Positions 36,853-45,611 of a stretch of 64,000 nt of DNA are shown piece after piece. Location: NCBI GenBank assembly GCA_041742075.1, contig JBGSJJ010000016.1:19128-83127 (forward strand). Direction: 5' to 3'. The notes under the pieces are model-generated. The model saw nothing but the letters and a program-made list of their open reading frames with translations, had not been told where the DNA came from and did no database searches. This stretch comes from Minisyncoccia bacterium (GTDB lineage: Bacteria > Patescibacteriota > Minisyncoccia > Phycocordibacterales > UBA918). Every line of letters begins with the position of its first letter. Within the stretch, counting starts at the first letter, position 1. The translations under genes were made by a program, and so were the position numbers.

Positions 36853-38748
36853 CTAGGCCTTTGGTTCGTCGGTTTCGTTTACTTCAGCGTCGCGGACCGT
36901 GTCGCCAGTTGCTTCACCAGCTGATGCTGACTCACTAGGTGTATCAGCTGATTTTTGCATTGCTTCACCAATTTTCTGGAGTTCGGTAGAAAGCTCTTGG
37001 GTCTTCGATTCAAGCACTGACTTGTCATCTGTTTCCTTCACACCCTTCAGGGCAGTGATTTTTTCTTCAACCGCAGACTTAATGTCGGCTGGCACTTTGT
37101 CCCCATGATCACGAAGCGCTTTTTCAGCGGTGTAGATCATTTGGTCAGCCACGTTGCGCGCCTCGATAAGCTCTTTCTTTTTCTTGTCTTCTTCGGCATG
37201 CACATCGGCGTCATTTTTCATACGTTCAATATCTTCTGGAGTGAGGCCTGAGTTCGCTTCGATACGGATAGTTTGTTCTTTGCCTGTTGACTTATCTTTC
37301 GCGGTCACACTCAGGACGCCATTACTGTCGACGTCAAAGGTCACCGCTACCTGTGGTACACCCCGGGGGGCTGGTGGAATGCCGTCGAGTACGAACCGTC
37401 CGAGTGATTTGTTATCACTCGCCTGCGCACGCTCTCCCTGCACAATGTGAATCTCAGTTGAAGTTTGGTTGTCGGCCGCAGTTGAGAACACCTGCTCTTT
37501 TTTAGTTGGGATGTGTGTGTTCTTTTCGATTAGTTTCGTAGCGACACCACCCATGGTTTCGATACCGAGCGAAAGTGGAATCACGTCTACCAAGGTGATG
37601 TCTTGCACGTCACCTTGAAAGATACCCGCTTGGATAGCAGCACCAAGGGCTACTACTTCGTCTGGGTTGATAGACTTATTTGGTTCTTTACCAAAGAGCT
37701 CACGAACCGCGTCGACAATTCTTGGCATACGGGTTTGACCACCAACCAAAATGATTTCATCGATTTCTTCTTTCTTAAACGGTGAGGCTTCAAGGGCGCG
37801 TTTGGTAATTTCAATTGAACGGTCAATGTATTCTGCTGCCAGCTCTTCAAGCTTGGCTCGTGAGAGACTAAGGAGTAAGTGCTTTGGTCCATCGCTCCCT
37901 GAGGTAACAAACGGGATGTTGATTTCAGTGTCGCCCGCCGTTGAAAGCTCGAGCTTGGCTTTTTCAGCGGCTTCATCGAGTCGTTGGAGAGCGAGAGGGT
38001 CGTTTCCGAGGTCGATACCTTCTGACTTCTTGAACTCTGCAATCAGGTGACGAACAATCTTCTGGTCAATGTCGCGTCCTCCCATGTGGGCGTCGCCATC
38101 GGTTGATTGGACTTCTACTACCCCATCCCCTACTTCAAGTACGGTTACGTCAAACGTACCACCACCGAAGTCATACACGACAATCTTCTCCTCTTTTTTC
38201 TTGTTGAAACCATAGGCGAGCGCAGCGGCAGTTGGTTCGTTAATAATGCGCTTTACCTCAAGACCAGCGATTTTTCCCGCGTCTTGAGTGGCTTTACGCT
38301 GTGCGTCATTGAAGTAAGCCGGTACCGTAATAACCGCTTCAGTGATTTTCTCACCGAGCTTGGCTTCGACGTCAGCTTTAATCTTGGAAAGAATCATCGC
38401 TGACACTTCCTCGGGTCGATAATCCTTTTCAGCCATAGTGACGAGTACACCGTTGTCAGTTCCTTTCTTGATTTCGTACGGGACAATCTTCTTGTCACTC
38501 TGGACAGCATCTTCATCAAAGTTGTGGCCCATGAACCGCTTGATACCGTAGATAGTATTTTTTGGGTTGGTGACCGCTTGGCGCTTGGCGATTTGTCCAA
38601 CGAGTCGTTCTTTCGTTTTAGAAATAGCTACGACAGAAGGAGTAGTTCGATTCCCTTCAGCGTTTTCAATAATGGTCGGCTCACCTGCCTCAATAATGGC
38701 GACAGCTGAGTTGGTTGTTCCAAGGTCAATTCCGATTATTTTTGCCAT
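36853..38748 (-). CDS. dnaK: Chaperone DnaK (Hsp70).
   Basis: '[10 protein letters not shown]', 'DLGGGTFD' and full-length Hsp70 similarity. Confidence 0.97.
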   Translation of the reverse strand: MAKIIGIDLGTTNSAVAIIEAGEPTIIENAEGNRTTPSVVAISKTKERLVGQIAKRQAVTNPKNTIYGIKRFMGHNFDEDAVQSDKKIVPYEIKKGTDNGVLVTMAEKDYRPEEVSAMILSKIKADVEAKLGEKITEAVITVPAYFNDAQRKATQDAGKIAGLEVKRIINEPTAAALAYGFNKKKEEKIVVYDFGGGTFDVTVLEVGDGVVEVQSTDGDAHMGGRDIDQKIVRHLIAEFKKSEGIDLGNDPLALQRLDEAAEKAKLELSTAGDTEINIPFVTSGSDGPKHLLLSLSRAKLEELAAEYIDRSIEITKRALEASPFKKEEIDEIILVGGQTRMPRIVDAVRELFGKEPNKSINPDEVVALGAAIQAGIFQGDVQDITLVDVIPLSLGIETMGGVATKLIEKNTHIPTKKEQVFSTAADNQTSTEIHIVQGERAQASDNKSLGRFVLDGIPPAPRGVPQVAVTFDVDSNGVLSVTAKDKSTGKEQTIRIEANSGLTPEDIERMKNDADVHAEEDKKKKELIEARNVADQMIYTAEKALRDHGDKVPADIKSAVEEKITALKGVKETDDKSVLESKTQELSTELQKIGEAMQKSADTPSESASAGEATGDTVRDAEVNETDEPKA

Positions 38749-38786
38749 ATATAGTATTTGAGATTAGTTTAGGTAAATAAGTTGTT

Positions 38787-39350
38787 TTAGCTTGCTACAG
38801 AAACCTTTGCCGGCCTGAGTACCACCTCTCCTCGCTTATAGCCGGTTTGGTACACTTCGCTTACAGTGTCACCGTCGCCACTTAAGGCTTCATGTTCGTG
38901 TGGGTTGAAAGTGGTGCCTAACGCTTCTATTCTCGTTACGTTGTAGGCCTTTAAAATGGTCTGTAGCTGGCCGTAGATGCCCTCGACACCCTTTCGCCAT
39001 ACTTCGTCAGCTTCGGCCCATTTCGGGTCTTTCATGGCCATTTCGAAGCTGTCTGCGAGCGGTAGGATGTCTTCGAGGTGGCGAAGCGTAGTCCGGTCTA
39101 CATCGAACATCTTTTGCTCCTCAAGTCTTCGGCGGGCATTCAGAAAGTCTGCCTTAGCCCGCTGTGACTCCTCGAGAAGCTTCATGCGCTCCTCCTCACT
39201 ACTTTTCAGTTTAGCTTGTAAGTGTTTAATTTTGTCTTTGCTATTGTCTTCGAAGTTCTCGAGAGACTCATCAGAATCAGTATCGGAATGTTGTTCAGGT
39301 TCAAAATCTACGTCATCTAAGGTCTCTCGGTCATTGTGTTCATTCATCAT
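38787..39350 (-). CDS. grpE: Nucleotide exchange factor GrpE.
   Basis: Acidic N-terminus, coiled coil, and C-terminal 'KGVEGIYGQL...GTTFNPHEHEAL'. Confidence 0.85.
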   Translation of the reverse strand: MMNEHNDRETLDDVDFEPEQHSDTDSDESLENFEDNSKDKIKHLQAKLKSSEEERMKLLEESQRAKADFLNARRRLEEQKMFDVDRTTLRHLEDILPLADSFEMAMKDPKWAEADEVWRKGVEGIYGQLQTILKAYNVTRIEALGTTFNPHEHEALSGDGDTVSEVYQTGYKRGEVVLRPAKVSVAS

Positions 39351-39471
39351 AGCGAGCGTATTATAACTTCAAAAATGTTGCTAGTCAACGAGAGTGTGAT
39401 TGCTTAAATAGTGGTACGAAAGAAGCCACTGAAGGAAGTTGCCCAAGAGGCTTCTTCCGACAGTGGCTGTA

Positions 39472-39717
39472 TCAGAAAGGCTCGCACCTTACCCAATCGT
39501 CGTTAAAGTATCGATGCATGCTCTTCAGAACAGAGAGTGCAGCCTCACAGCGTTCTGATGCGTTCTCTCCTTCGAAGGGTGTTATGGTCAAAGTCTGGCT
39601 GTGGGTTCCGCCGATCCAGACAAAGAGCAAGCTCCCGTGTTCACCTACTGACGGATTATGAGCCAGTGCAGGTGAGGCAAAGCCAAAGCAAAGCGAGGCA
39701 AGAGCGATACGAAACAT
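39472..39717 (-). CDS. Small secreted protein (81 aa), first gene upstream of grpE.
   Basis: Signal peptide 'MFRIALASLCFGFASPALA'. Confidence 0.45.
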   Translation of the reverse strand: MFRIALASLCFGFASPALAHNPSVGEHGSLLFVWIGGTHSQTLTITPFEGENASERCEAALSVLKSMHRYFNDDWVRCEPF

Positions 39718-39781
39718 GATGTGTCTCCGGTTGTTGACTAATTAAGATTATGACACATATTTCTTAGATTTACAAATATAA

Positions 39782-39809
39782 GAAAAGCCCCGTAGAGGGG
39801 CTTTTCTTT
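39782..39809. terminator. Bidirectional intrinsic terminator A.
   Basis: AAAAG-GCCCCTCTACGGGGC-TTTTCTTTT. Confidence 0.6.
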
Positions 39810-39818
39810 TAACGCTTC

Positions 39819-39891
39819 GTCCTCCTAGCACCTCGTAAACATCGGTGCTTCCAAGCAAGCTTGGACCAGAGTAAACGATAAGCAGTTATCG
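39819..39891 (-). ncRNA. Structured 73-nt element, copy A: three consecutive hairpins.
   Basis: Exact 73-nt direct repeat of 40149-40221. Hairpins CGATAA-CTGC-TTATCG, CCAAGC/GCTTGG and AGCACC-N11-GGTGCT. Followed on the minus strand by terminator A and then gene 39717. Confidence 0.45.
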
Positions 39892-40107
39892 CTTCCCTCC
39901 AAGTAGCAAAGTAGAATTCTTCGCTACGCTTTAATTCTACTAAGCGCTTGCGAATCTTACAGATTCTATCCACTCAATGGATTATTTGCTTCGCTCTGCT
40001 CGTAAATATTCTCATTGAGTCTTGCGAAAGTCTCCCAGACTTTCTCACCCGGCTCGCGGTTCCTCGCGCCATGGGCGCGCTCGTCACAACGCTCCGCCCG
40101 TCAAAAC

Positions 40108-40138
40108 GAAAAAGAGCTCCGCAGGGAGCTCTTTTTTC
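40108..40138. terminator. Bidirectional intrinsic terminator B (end of the ribosomal-protein operon).
   Basis: GAGCTCC-GCAG-GGAGCTC flanked by an A-run and a T-run. Confidence 0.65.
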
Positions 40139-40148
40139 TATCGTTGTG

Positions 40149-40221
40149 TCCTCCTAGCACCTCGTAAACATCGGTGCTTCCAAGCAAGCTTGGACCAGAG
40201 TAAACGATAAGCAGTTATCGT
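40149..40221 (-). ncRNA. Structured 73-nt element, copy B, overlapping the rpsI stop codon.
   Basis: Identical to 39819-39891. Its first hairpin (AGTAAACGATAA-CTGC-TTATCGTTTACT, 12 bp) contains the last codons and stop of rpsI. Confidence 0.45.
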
Positions 40222-40616
40222 TTACTCCATTGTGGGCGACGTCGCGCCTTGAGGAGACCGAACTTCTTTCGTTCCACTGAGCGAGGGTCTCGCTTGAGGA
40301 AGCCAAGAGGTTTAAGGATAGACCGGCGTGGCTTCTTCTCAGCTACGAGAGCTCGAGCGATACCAAGTCGGACGGCTTCAGCCTGAGCTGAAAGTCCACT
40401 ACCTGAAACAACTGCAGTAATAGTGTAGTTCTCGATACCAGCATCTTTGGTTTCAAGGACTGACATAACATCCTTTTGGTGAGACTCCAGGGTAAAGTAC
40501 TCAGCCATTGGTCGGTTGTTGATAGTGATCTTGTTTTCCTTAGCTACGGTGAGTCGTACCCGAGCAGTTGCAGTCTTTCGGCGACCAATGCCTTCGATAT
40601 AGGTGGCGGTTGTCAT
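40215..40616 (-). CDS. rpsI: 30S ribosomal protein S9.
   Basis: '...RRKTATARVRL...KARRRPQWSKR' matches the S9 C-terminal signature. Confidence 0.95.
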   Translation of the reverse strand: MTTATYIEGIGRRKTATARVRLTVAKENKITINNRPMAEYFTLESHQKDVMSVLETKDAGIENYTITAVVSGSGLSAQAEAVRLGIARALVAEKKPRRSILKPLGFLKRDPRSVERKKFGLLKARRRPQWSKR

Positions 40617-40620
40617 ACAA

Positions 40621-40983
40621 TTATTCGGTTACGGTTAAATTCTTCATTAAAACAGCTTGTAGCTTGTTCTTCGGGAGCATACCCTTCACCGTCCTTCGAA
40701 CCGCTTCACGGTAACCAAGACGATTTCCAAGGTGCGTAAGTGTCTCTTCTTTTCGTCCTCCTGGGTGACCAGAGTATGACTGGTAGATTTCAGTACCACG
40801 CTTCAGGGTAATGTCGAGCTTAGAGACGTTAGTAATAGTAACGTGCACCGGAGCAGTGGTGTGGCGAGCAAAGTCAGCACGGTTCTTGCCTTGGAGTACA
40901 GACGCAGCTTCAGTAGCTACTTTTCCAAGACGCTTACCAGTCGCGTCAATCGTGTATTCTGTTTTTTCAGTTTGAGTTGTCAT
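40621..40983 (-). CDS. rplM: 50S ribosomal protein L13.
   Basis: 'YTIDATGKRLGKVATEAAS...KGMLPKN' aligns with L13. Start chosen at 40983 (MTTQTEK..). Confidence 0.9.
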   Translation of the reverse strand: MTTQTEKTEYTIDATGKRLGKVATEAASVLQGKNRADFARHTTAPVHVTITNVSKLDITLKRGTEIYQSYSGHPGGRKEETLTHLGNRLGYREAVRRTVKGMLPKNKLQAVLMKNLTVTE

Positions 40984-40984
40984 A

Positions 40985-41341
40985 TTATTCAACATACGCG
41001 ATTACCGCTTCATCTCGTCCAGCCTCGGTTCGGCCAACCTTCACAATACGCGTGTAGCCACCGTTTCGCTCAGCAAACTTTGGTGCGATGGTATCAAAAA
41101 GCTTTGAGATGGTTGTTGTCTTTGGTTCGCCAAGGGCTGAAGCTGCTCGACGACGAGCTGCGATAGTTCCCTGCTTGCCATAGGTTACGAGGCGTTCTGC
41201 AAAAGGCTTAAGCTCCTTAGCTTTAGCCAAAGTTGTTTTGATCTGACCGTCACGAATAAGTGACACAGCTAAACCACGCATGAGTGCGGTCTTTTGGTCC
41301 TTACTTCGGCCCAGTGTTCTGTTTTGGTTTCCGTGTCGCAT
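40985..41341 (-). CDS. rplQ: 50S ribosomal protein L17.
   Basis: 'MRHGNQNRTLGR...LIRDGQIKTTLAKAKELKP'. Confidence 0.95.
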   Translation of the reverse strand: MRHGNQNRTLGRSKDQKTALMRGLAVSLIRDGQIKTTLAKAKELKPFAERLVTYGKQGTIAARRRAASALGEPKTTTISKLFDTIAPKFAERNGGYTRIVKVGRTEAGRDEAVIAYVE

Positions 41342-41351
41342 ATATAATGGT

Positions 41352-42314
41352 TTATTCGCTCAAAGAGACACCAAGTCCCTCAAGGAGAGTAACGATTTCG
41401 TCTAGACCTTTTGGTCCAATTCCGTCGAGCGATAGAATATCATCTTTTTTCTTTCGCACAAGGCCTCCGACTGTTCGGATGTTGGCATCCTCAAGAGCGG
41501 TCAGTGTTCGACTTGAAAGGTCAAGGTTCTCGATTCGGGTCTTAAGGACGTCAGGGTCAATAGTCGCGCCAGCTTCAACATGGGCTACTTCTTCTGGTAC
41601 TACTTCTTCACTGTGGTGAGTTTCTTGAAAACCAACAATAGCTTTGAGTTGGTGAATCATAATCTCGATAGAGTTCTCGAGGGCTTCTTTTGGAGTTACC
41701 GTACCGTCTGTTTCGATAAAGACACGGAGTCGGTTGTAGTCTGTTCGGTCACCAACTCGCATGTTTTCTACTTCGTAGTTAGCGCGACGGATTGGTGTGA
41801 ACACAGCATCAAGAGCGATAACACCTATTTCTACCTTGTCCTTCTGGTGCACTTCTCGTGGTACGTAACCAAGACCTTTGTCGATAGTAAGTTCAATGTC
41901 GATTTCAGTACCTTTAGCGGTAATTTCGCAGATTGGTTGTTCAGGACTGAGAATTTCTACTTGTGAAGGCACGGTAATGTCGGCAGCGGTTACTACACCA
42001 GGTCCTTTCTTCTTAAGCTGAACGATAATCGGCTCGTCACTATGGAGTGCTAGACGAATACGCTTGATGTTAAGGAGGATAGTAATAACATCCTCTTTGA
42101 CACCTTCCATGGTTGAAAATTCGTGAGAGACACCCTCGATTTTCACTTTTGTGATAGCAGCTCCCGGTAGTGACGAAAGAATGATTCGGCGGAGTGAGTT
42201 ACCAAGCGTATGGCCGTATCCAGGATACAGACCATCGATTTCGTAAACACCACGAAATTCCTCTTCGGTTACAACTCGTGGTTTTGATGGTAGGGCTACA
42301 TTTGTTTCTAACAT
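41352..42314 (-). CDS. rpoA: DNA-directed RNA polymerase subunit alpha.
   Basis: Position in the operon. N-terminal dimerisation domain and C-terminal-domain motifs ('LDLSSRTLTALEDANIRTVGGL'). Confidence 0.95.
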   Translation of the reverse strand: MLETNVALPSKPRVVTEEEFRGVYEIDGLYPGYGHTLGNSLRRIILSSLPGAAITKVKIEGVSHEFSTMEGVKEDVITILLNIKRIRLALHSDEPIIVQLKKKGPGVVTAADITVPSQVEILSPEQPICEITAKGTEIDIELTIDKGLGYVPREVHQKDKVEIGVIALDAVFTPIRRANYEVENMRVGDRTDYNRLRVFIETDGTVTPKEALENSIEIMIHQLKAIVGFQETHHSEEVVPEEVAHVEAGATIDPDVLKTRIENLDLSSRTLTALEDANIRTVGGLVRKKKDDILSLDGIGPKGLDEIVTLLEGLGVSLSE

Positions 42315-42355
42315 AAGCGTATGTGTTATGACTATTGACCTGGTAAAAGTGTACT

Positions 42356-42961
42356 TTATCGACTGTAGTACTCGAGTACTTGTTCTGGATCAAACAGAGT
42401 TTCAGCAGGAATATAGGTTGGCTGTGCGGTTAATTTTCCTTCCATCTTCTTCACGTCGAAAGAAATCCATGATGGTACTGAGGCTGATTCGTGAGTATCA
42501 GACAGGAGGGTGTACATACCAGTACCGCGACTTCCTTCTCGTACGGCAATCATGTCAGACTGGGTTACTTTGTATGAAGGAATAGTAATCTTCTTACCGT
42601 TTACCACAATGTGTCCGTGTGAGACCATTTGGCGAGCATATCGTCGTGTCTTAGCAAGGCCCATTCGGTAGACGACGTTATCAAGTCTTGTTTCAAGACG
42701 TTCCATCAAAAGAGAGATTGGTTGGTGGCTTTTTGCCATTGATTCGTCTACGTAGCGACGAAGTTGCTTTTCAGTAATACCATAGGTAAAGCGCATTTTT
42801 TGTTTCTCAATGAGCTGACGCTTATAGTCACTCGTCTGACCGCGACGCTTGGTTTGGCGTCCACCACGTGATTCAGAAGCAGCAAACTTCTGTGATTGCG
42901 TTTTTTCGAAGATAGGTGCTCCGAGACGCTTTGCTATTTTAAATTTAGGACCAATTTTCAT
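42356..42961 (-). CDS. rpsD: 30S ribosomal protein S4.
   Basis: 'MKIGPKFKIAKRLG' N-terminus and S4 domain. Confidence 0.95.
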   Translation of the reverse strand: MKIGPKFKIAKRLGAPIFEKTQSQKFAASESRGGRQTKRRGQTSDYKRQLIEKQKMRFTYGITEKQLRRYVDESMAKSHQPISLLMERLETRLDNVVYRMGLAKTRRYARQMVSHGHIVVNGKKITIPSYKVTQSDMIAVREGSRGTGMYTLLSDTHESASVPSWISFDVKKMEGKLTAQPTYIPAETLFDPEQVLEYYSR

Positions 42962-42972
42962 ACAAAATGTGA

Positions 42973-43404
42973 TTAGATACGTCGTGGCTTAGGTGGTCTA
43001 GGGCCGTTGTGTGGTACTGGAGTCATGTCAGTAATTTTTGTTACCGCAATTCCCTTTCCTGAAAACGCCCGGAGCGCTGACTCACGTCCAGCTCCAACCC
43101 CTCTAATAATGACTTCTGCATCCTTCATACCCATTTGAAGAGCTTTATCGCCGATTATTTCACCTACTTTCGCAGCTGCAAACGGTGTACTTTTTCGTGA
43201 GCCCTTGAAGCCAAGAGCCCCACTACTCGCGGCCATCACCGTGTTTCCTTTCGGGTCACAGAGTGTGAGGATAGTATTGTTAAACGTAGCTAAGATGTTG
43301 AGCTTGCCGTTTACGACTTTTTTCTTTGGTACACGGTTAAGAGCGCGAGAAGATCCCGCTACATCTGAACCGCCACCTTTTTTTATGATTCGTTTCTTAC
43401 CCAT
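42973..43404 (-). CDS. rpsK: 30S ribosomal protein S11.
   Basis: 'ATFNNTILTLCDPKGN...SSGALGFKGSRKSTPFAA'. Confidence 0.95.
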   Translation of the reverse strand: MGKKRIIKKGGGSDVAGSSRALNRVPKKKVVNGKLNILATFNNTILTLCDPKGNTVMAASSGALGFKGSRKSTPFAAAKVGEIIGDKALQMGMKDAEVIIRGVGAGRESALRAFSGKGIAVTKITDMTPVPHNGPRPPKPRRI

Positions 43405-43437
43405 AGGAATTTAATCAGTATGCTAATAAATGAAAGC

Positions 43438-43815
43438 CTAGGTCTTTTCAAGCTTACGCTTACCAGAACCCATCGTCTTTTTAACACCCTTCAGTGTACG
43501 AGCGTTCGTCTTAGTGTGTTGACCACGAGCAGGTAGACGCTTGGCGTGACGTGAGCCACGGTAGCTCTGGATGTCCTTAAGACGCTTGATGTTGCTACCA
43601 ACCTGTCGCTTGAGCTCACCTTCGATAGTAAATGCTTCGATTTTTTCTCGAATGGCGTTTTCTTGTTCGGTTGTGATGTCAGTTGGCTTCGTAAATTCTT
43701 TAATACCAAGTTCTGAGAGAAGCGCTAGGGCGCGAGCACGACCAATACCATGGACAGCAGTGAGTCCGAATTCGAGGTGCTTGTCGTCTTTAATTGTGAT
43801 ACCGGCAATACGCAT
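43438..43815 (-). CDS. rpsM: 30S ribosomal protein S13.
   Basis: 'MRIAGI...LTAVHGIGRARA...'. Confidence 0.95.
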   Translation of the reverse strand: MRIAGITIKDDKHLEFGLTAVHGIGRARALALLSELGIKEFTKPTDITTEQENAIREKIEAFTIEGELKRQVGSNIKRLKDIQSYRGSRHAKRLPARGQHTKTNARTLKGVKKTMGSGKRKLEKT

Positions 43816-43836
43816 ACGTAGATTTAATTTAGTTGG

Positions 43837-43953
43837 TTATCCTTGACGCTGTTTATGGCGAGGCTTGAGTTTGTTAATAACATAAACTACACCACGACGC
43901 TTAACGATTTTATCGTCAGGACTCATTTTTTTAACTGATGATCGTACTTTCAT
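43837..43953 (-). CDS. rpmJ: 50S ribosomal protein L36, Cys-less (zinc-free) variant, 38 aa.
   Basis: Manual translation gives [38 protein letters not shown]. It is not on the ORF track because it is under 60 aa. Canonical L36 has a C-x2-C...C-x-H zinc ribbon, which is absent here. Confidence 0.8.
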   Translation of the reverse strand: MKVRSSVKKMSPDDKIVKRRGVVYVINKLKPRHKQRQG

Positions 43954-43959
43954 AAATAT

Positions 43960-44178
43960 TTAAAGTCGTTTTGTTATTCTCCCCTTACCGCCATATGGAT
44001 CTGGCACGATGGCTACTTTGTCGCCAACGAGCACCCGTATACGAAACTTCCGCATCTTACCTGCCAGGTATGCAATTTGCGTCGTTTTTTCACCGTCTAG
44101 TGTTACGCGAAAAAGCGCATTAGGAAGCGCTTCCTCTACCGTACCGTAGACGAGTATTTCGTTACTTGATTGATCCAT
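43960..44178 (-). CDS. infA: Translation initiation factor IF-1.
   Basis: 'GTVEEALPNALFRVTLDGE...AGKMRKFRIRVLVGDKV' is the IF-1 S1-like fold. A 72-aa start at 44178 matches canonical IF-1 length. Confidence 0.9.
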   Translation of the reverse strand: MDQSSNEILVYGTVEEALPNALFRVTLDGEKTTQIAYLAGKMRKFRIRVLVGDKVAIVPDPYGGKGRITKRL

Positions 44179-44238
44179 TGAAACGTGAGTGAGTGTAACA
44201 AATAAATCTAAATCGGTCAACAGGTACCCTAGGTATAA

Positions 44239-45564
44239 CTACTCAGTCTCAACAACTTCAATAATGGTGATGTCTTTAACGTCGTCTGGGAAGGAGGTTT
44301 TCCAGAATGGACGGGTAACCGCTGACGAACTTTCTATGGCTGGATAGCCGCCAAGTACCGCTGGAACTGCTGTTTTACTCTTTCCCGCTAGGTCTGCCTT
44401 TAGTGCTTCAGCGTCGTATTTCCAGATAATCTGTGGTCGACCAGCAAGGGTAAACTCGACTGAATCAACGGCGGTAATGTTGCTTGTGGAGGTAGTGGCT
44501 GAAGTGTACGCAAAGGTAAGCGTGGTAGTGTCAGCTATACGAACAGGAACATTTTCATAGCCTGGCACGGTAGCAGCGGCGACATAGGTGGCAAAGCTTT
44601 CTTCAGCAAAGATAGGGATACGCAAGATAGCTTTTTCTTTGATAGTAGCTAGATTTTCCCCGTATTCAACGGCCGGTAGCGTTTCGTAGGTAAAGGTCAT
44701 TGCGCCTGGGAAGACCACAAAGCCAGCCGGCTTTTCTGTTTCAACGCGCTCCAAAAGCGAGTTGCGTAGCTCCATTCGCAGTGCTTGTTGAGTGGTTTGT
44801 AGTTCACCTTCATCGATAATGAAGCGAGCGCCGTTAAACCCACCAGACATAGACTCGATAGACTCTCCGTAGACGTTTTCAAATTCTGGAGAACCTTCAA
44901 AGCCCGGAATAGTGAATTTTGATGGACCGACGTTGTACTGATCGCCTGGTTGGTCAGCAAACACTTCAGCCGTTATAACACCAGGGGCAATTTCACTGTT
45001 TTCACCTCTGGTATAACCAGGAACAATAATTGACTCTTTGAGTCGAAACACTAGACCGTCAGCTGTTTGAAAGCGGGTATTGGTAATAAGGCGAAGTGGT
45101 TCAGTGGAGTGTTTGTTGTACACAAGGACGGTTCCCTTAGCTTGTTCAACAACAGTTTCTTCACCAGTTGCACTGACTTGTCGTTCGCCAGTAGCGTCGA
45201 GACTCATGATTTCATATACCAATTCACCTGCTTTTGGTGTTTTGTAAGCTACAACTGTGGCGTTTACGTTCGGTTCTCGGTGTCGAGGCTTGACCGTTAA
45301 GTCTGCGCCACTCATAAAGTAGCTAATAACGAAACTACCGCCCACAATCATGAAGAAGATTAGAAATGCATAGATGAGTGTCCGTTTGTTCTTTTTGTTA
45401 CCGTCTACAATCCGGATACTGACGTCATCGCCATCATCGCTCTCGTCTTCTGTCCGGTTAGTACGGTCAATAAATTTAGGTGCCGGAGGACGGACGAGTT
45501 CTCCAGTTCTTTCTTTACGCGGTTGTGCGGGACGAATATCCTGCAAGTTCCATTTTTGTGACAT
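44239..45564 (-). CDS. Membrane-anchored hypothetical protein (441 aa; one N-terminal TM segment and a large extracytoplasmic domain).
   Basis: TM segment 'LIYAFLIFFMIVGGSFVISYF'. No recognised motif. Confidence 0.5.
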   Translation of the reverse strand: MSQKWNLQDIRPAQPRKERTGELVRPPAPKFIDRTNRTEDESDDGDDVSIRIVDGNKKNKRTLIYAFLIFFMIVGGSFVISYFMSGADLTVKPRHREPNVNATVVAYKTPKAGELVYEIMSLDATGERQVSATGEETVVEQAKGTVLVYNKHSTEPLRLITNTRFQTADGLVFRLKESIIVPGYTRGENSEIAPGVITAEVFADQPGDQYNVGPSKFTIPGFEGSPEFENVYGESIESMSGGFNGARFIIDEGELQTTQQALRMELRNSLLERVETEKPAGFVVFPGAMTFTYETLPAVEYGENLATIKEKAILRIPIFAEESFATYVAAATVPGYENVPVRIADTTTLTFAYTSATTSTSNITAVDSVEFTLAGRPQIIWKYDAEALKADLAGKSKTAVPAVLGGYPAIESSSAVTRPFWKTSFPDDVKDITIIEVVETE

Positions 45565-45611
45565 AAGCTTTACGTATAGTATACCCCGGTTAAACTTTAT
45601 TTTCCTAGCAG

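Noticed and set aside
39831-39860. CIRCE (HrcA operator) upstream of the grpE-dnaK-dnaJ operon.
   Set aside because: Only a 6-bp inverted repeat with an 11-nt spacer is present (AGCACC-N11-GGTGCT), against a 9-bp inverted repeat with a 9-nt spacer in the consensus. The element is also duplicated at the rpsI 3' end. I mention it only as a weak resemblance within a finding.
39948-40210. Plus-strand ORFs 39948..40157 and 40022..40210 between the duplicated elements.
   Set aside because: They overlap terminator B and the repeat element, have no RBS, and are GC-rich and Arg/Ser-rich. They are probably spurious.
39819-40221. Possible CRISPR array or tRNA pair suggested by the 73-nt direct repeats.
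   Set aside because: There are only two copies, separated by about 330 nt of unique sequence, and no cas genes. Neither copy has a GTTCRANYC T-loop, a D-arm or a CCA end. The hairpin geometry, with an 11-nt loop and a 2-4-nt loop, does not fit a tRNA.
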